Source: the human T2T-CHM13v2.0 reference genome, Homo sapiens. Taken from it: 64,000 bases of DNA. The stretch lies in NCBI RefSeq assembly GCF_009914755.1, contig NC_060944.1. The stretch is one strand, 5' to 3'. Positions 60,201-64,000 of the stretch are shown here, piece after piece. The notes under the pieces were generated by a model. The model did no database searches and was not told the origin of the DNA. It saw only the letters and a program-made list of their open reading frames with translations. Made by a program: the position numbers and the translations under genes. Numbering within the stretch: position 1 is the first letter of the stretch; every line of letters begins with the position of its first letter.

Positions 60201-61077
60201 TAAATAGAGATAGGGTCTCACTATGTTGCACAGGCTGTCTCGATCTCCTGGGCTCAAGTGATTCACCCGCCTCGGCCTCCCAAAGTGCTAGGATTACAGG
60301 TATGAGCCACCATGAGATTTTTGATAATCGAGATTTTTGTTGTTGGTGACATGTTTTGGGGACACATAAGCTATTACACTGTAAAGTTCTGAGCAGGAGT
60401 GAGGAAGCTTCCAATTTCCCCCTTCTGGCCTGATTTGCTCTACCACCCTCACTATGCTCTCAGCCTCCTGCTGGGTGCCAGGCAAGAAACTTTCTTCTCA
60501 TGCTTGCCATGCAGAGTAACTTCCCACTGTGGCCCCCACATGGGCCACAGGTGTGACATGTAAGGGAAAAGTGAGCAGAGTGAGGAATTAGCAAAGGGCA
60601 TGATCAAAACAAGTCTTGAACAAGAATTTGTTTAAAATGCTTTCTTGATGATTGGCTGGAAAATATGGATATTTCACTATAGATATACATGAAGGGGAAT
60701 GAGTTCCTTCCCCACATCACTTTGGGTTGAGTTACAGGTTGTGAAAATCTTGTCTGAGCCTATGTCGAATCAAACTTGTAAGCCTTCATTTGATAAACAT
60801 TTATTGATCATGTATTATGTGTCAGGCACCATTGTGGTTACTAAGGACAAAGTAGTGAACAAAAAAGACGCAAAATCCCTGCCCTCTAGTAGTTCATAGT
60901 CGAGTATGACGTTCCTTGTCACCAGCTGGGGAGGAAGGGTGGGACCACCATCACCACTTTCACTGGGCATCTAGGAAACTGGGGGACCAGGTGGGTGTGG
61001 TGACTTGCTGAGGTCCCTCAGCACCATGTGACAGTGGCTCACAGCCCTGCTGAGCCGGGCCCTCCTCTCTTCCTCAG

Positions 61078-61296
61078 ATAATCTTCCTGCAGACCAGGCC
61101 TCACCTGCCGCACACGGCTGCCCTGCTGAGCAGCTGCATGGACGGCTACATCTACGCCTGGTCCCTCCATGAGAATGGAGGCCTGCTGGGGAAGTTCCCT
61201 GTGGACCTAGACAATGGGGATGTTGTCGTGGGTGCCATGGCCACTGATAAAAATGACTGGATCCTCATCACGGGGGATTGTAAAGGATACATCAAG
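61078..61296 (+). CDS. EFCAB8: EFCAB8 exon R: IIFLQTRPHLPHTAALLSSCMDGYIYAWSLHENGGLLGKFPVDLDNGDVVVGAMATDKNDWILITGDCKGYIK
   Basis: ctcttcctcag|ATA ... AAG|gtgagg; 219 nt, phase 0 to 0; WD motifs. Confidence 0.92.
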
Positions 61297-61857
61297 GTGA
61301 GGAAGAACTGGCAGGAAGATTGAGGGGCTGGTGCCAGCTAAGTGTTCGGCCATCTCTTTGCTCACATGGCCCTTGCCTAGTTCCTACTCTGTCTGGGTAC
61401 TGGTTCCATTTGTGAAACAATGCAGCGAGGAGTCCTCTCCTGCTCTGCTAAGCCCAGTGACAGGAGCGGGTCTTGGTTCAAAAAGCCCCTCTGAGAAGCC
61501 TTCCCTGGAGAATTCCGTGCTCCATCACTGTCTTCTCCAACTCCCTCATCCCGAAGTCATGTGGCTAATCTAGGATCAGCTGTCTCAGGAGCTGATTGTG
61601 TGCCTTGTGGCAAGACATGAGGCAGGGGTGTGCTGTCCTTGAGCCGGTCACACCCTTCCTGCCTGCTAATCCAGGAGTATGGCCTAGAAGATCCCTAAGG
61701 CCCTTTCTGGCCCTAGTGGTGAGGTATCTCAGAGATGTAAGTAAGAACTGCCCCCCACCCCCACCAAATGAAGAGGAATGGTCTGGGAGGAGCCCGCAGA
61801 GTGAGTTGGGGTCTGGGTCAAGGGGTGTGAGGCCACTAACCCACACTTTATGTCTAG

Positions 61858-62016
61858 ATCTGGGACATCAAGGATTACTGCGCATTGATTGATAAACAGC
61901 CATTCCAATCCAGTGGGGCCAAGGTTGTCTCTGAAGCACACAACAAGTTCCGGTTGTTAATTCCTCAGCAACTTGGGACCAACTTCCCACACTACATTCC
62001 CTTGGAGGATAAAGAG
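61858..62016 (+). CDS. EFCAB8: EFCAB8 exon S: IWDIKDYCALIDKQPFQSSGAKVVSEAHNKFRLLIPQQLGTNFPHYIPLEDKE
   Basis: branch-site-like CACTAAC (61834-61840), tgtctag|ATC ... GAG|gtagga; 159 nt; completes GYIK-IWD. Confidence 0.9.
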
Positions 62017-62290
62017 GTAGGAGGATTACTGGAGAGTTGCTCAGGAAAGTGCCTTTGAGCCCCACAAATGAGCTAGGACCATAAACTAACTCATACCCAA
62101 GAGAAATACACTTACTAAAAGATAAGAGCAAAAATATTGATAGAATTAGTATTCGTGGCCAGTCGTGGTGGCCCACGCCTGTAATCCCAGCACTTTGGGA
62201 GGCTGAGGCGGGTGGATCACGAGGTCAGGAGTTTGAGACCAGCCTGACCAACATGGTGAAACCCTGTCTCTACTAAAAATACAAAAATTA

Positions 62291-63530
<1,240 letters not shown>

Positions 63531-64000
63531 TCTTGCAGTCTTATGTGCCTTTTGAATCTCTACATGAGTATGTTATGGCTAGTTCGTTTTAGTATGAAGA
63601 GAATGTCATTATATTAAAATGTCTTGGGAACTGATTACCCACAGTGTCAGTATGTGAAGAATTTATAATGTTGATACAATCATCATCATAATAATATTTA
63701 TTTACTGCTTGCAATGTTCCAGGGATGGTGATAGTATATTATATATGCATTCATTAATCTCCATAATGACTTGTGAGGGAGATGATGTTTTTCAGATGAG
63801 GAAGTAATGAAACTGAAGAGCTGAGAGACTCGTCTAAGCTCCAGTAGCAACCAGTGTAGACCTGAGACTAAACCTAAGTCTGTCTGACTCCAGAATCTGT
63901 GTTCCTGACCATCTGCTCTTAGTTTTATAATGATATATTTTAAACAATTGGGATTATATTGTATGTAACTGGAATTTCCTATACCATCAAGTATTCTTTT

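Overview
This is primate, almost certainly human, genomic DNA covering the internal part of one large plus-strand gene that I recognise as EFCAB8. Nineteen GT-AG coding exons (6606..62016) splice in consistent phase into an uninterrupted 2582-nt frame (~861 aa). It encodes the end of an EF-hand pair followed by many WD40 repeats, with a Ser/Pro/Arg-rich insert. The start and stop exons lie outside the window. Introns are packed with Alus (mostly antisense), MIR, L2, old L1, MaLR/ERVL/ERV1 LTR elements and hAT DNA-transposon relics. Nearly all ORFs in the supplied track are Alu or intron artefacts. I see no rRNA, tRNA or CRISPR array, and no convincing wholly new genetic system. The best leads are: (i) a stop codon built into a splice donor that would give an EF-hand-only protein, plus a CpG-rich candidate internal promoter before the first WD exon; (ii) a young, 5'-truncated AluYb8-type insertion ~70 nt from a splice acceptor; and (iii) several local templated or inverted copy scars. 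Repeat boundaries and subfamily names come from visual recognition and are approximate unless a TSD is quoted.
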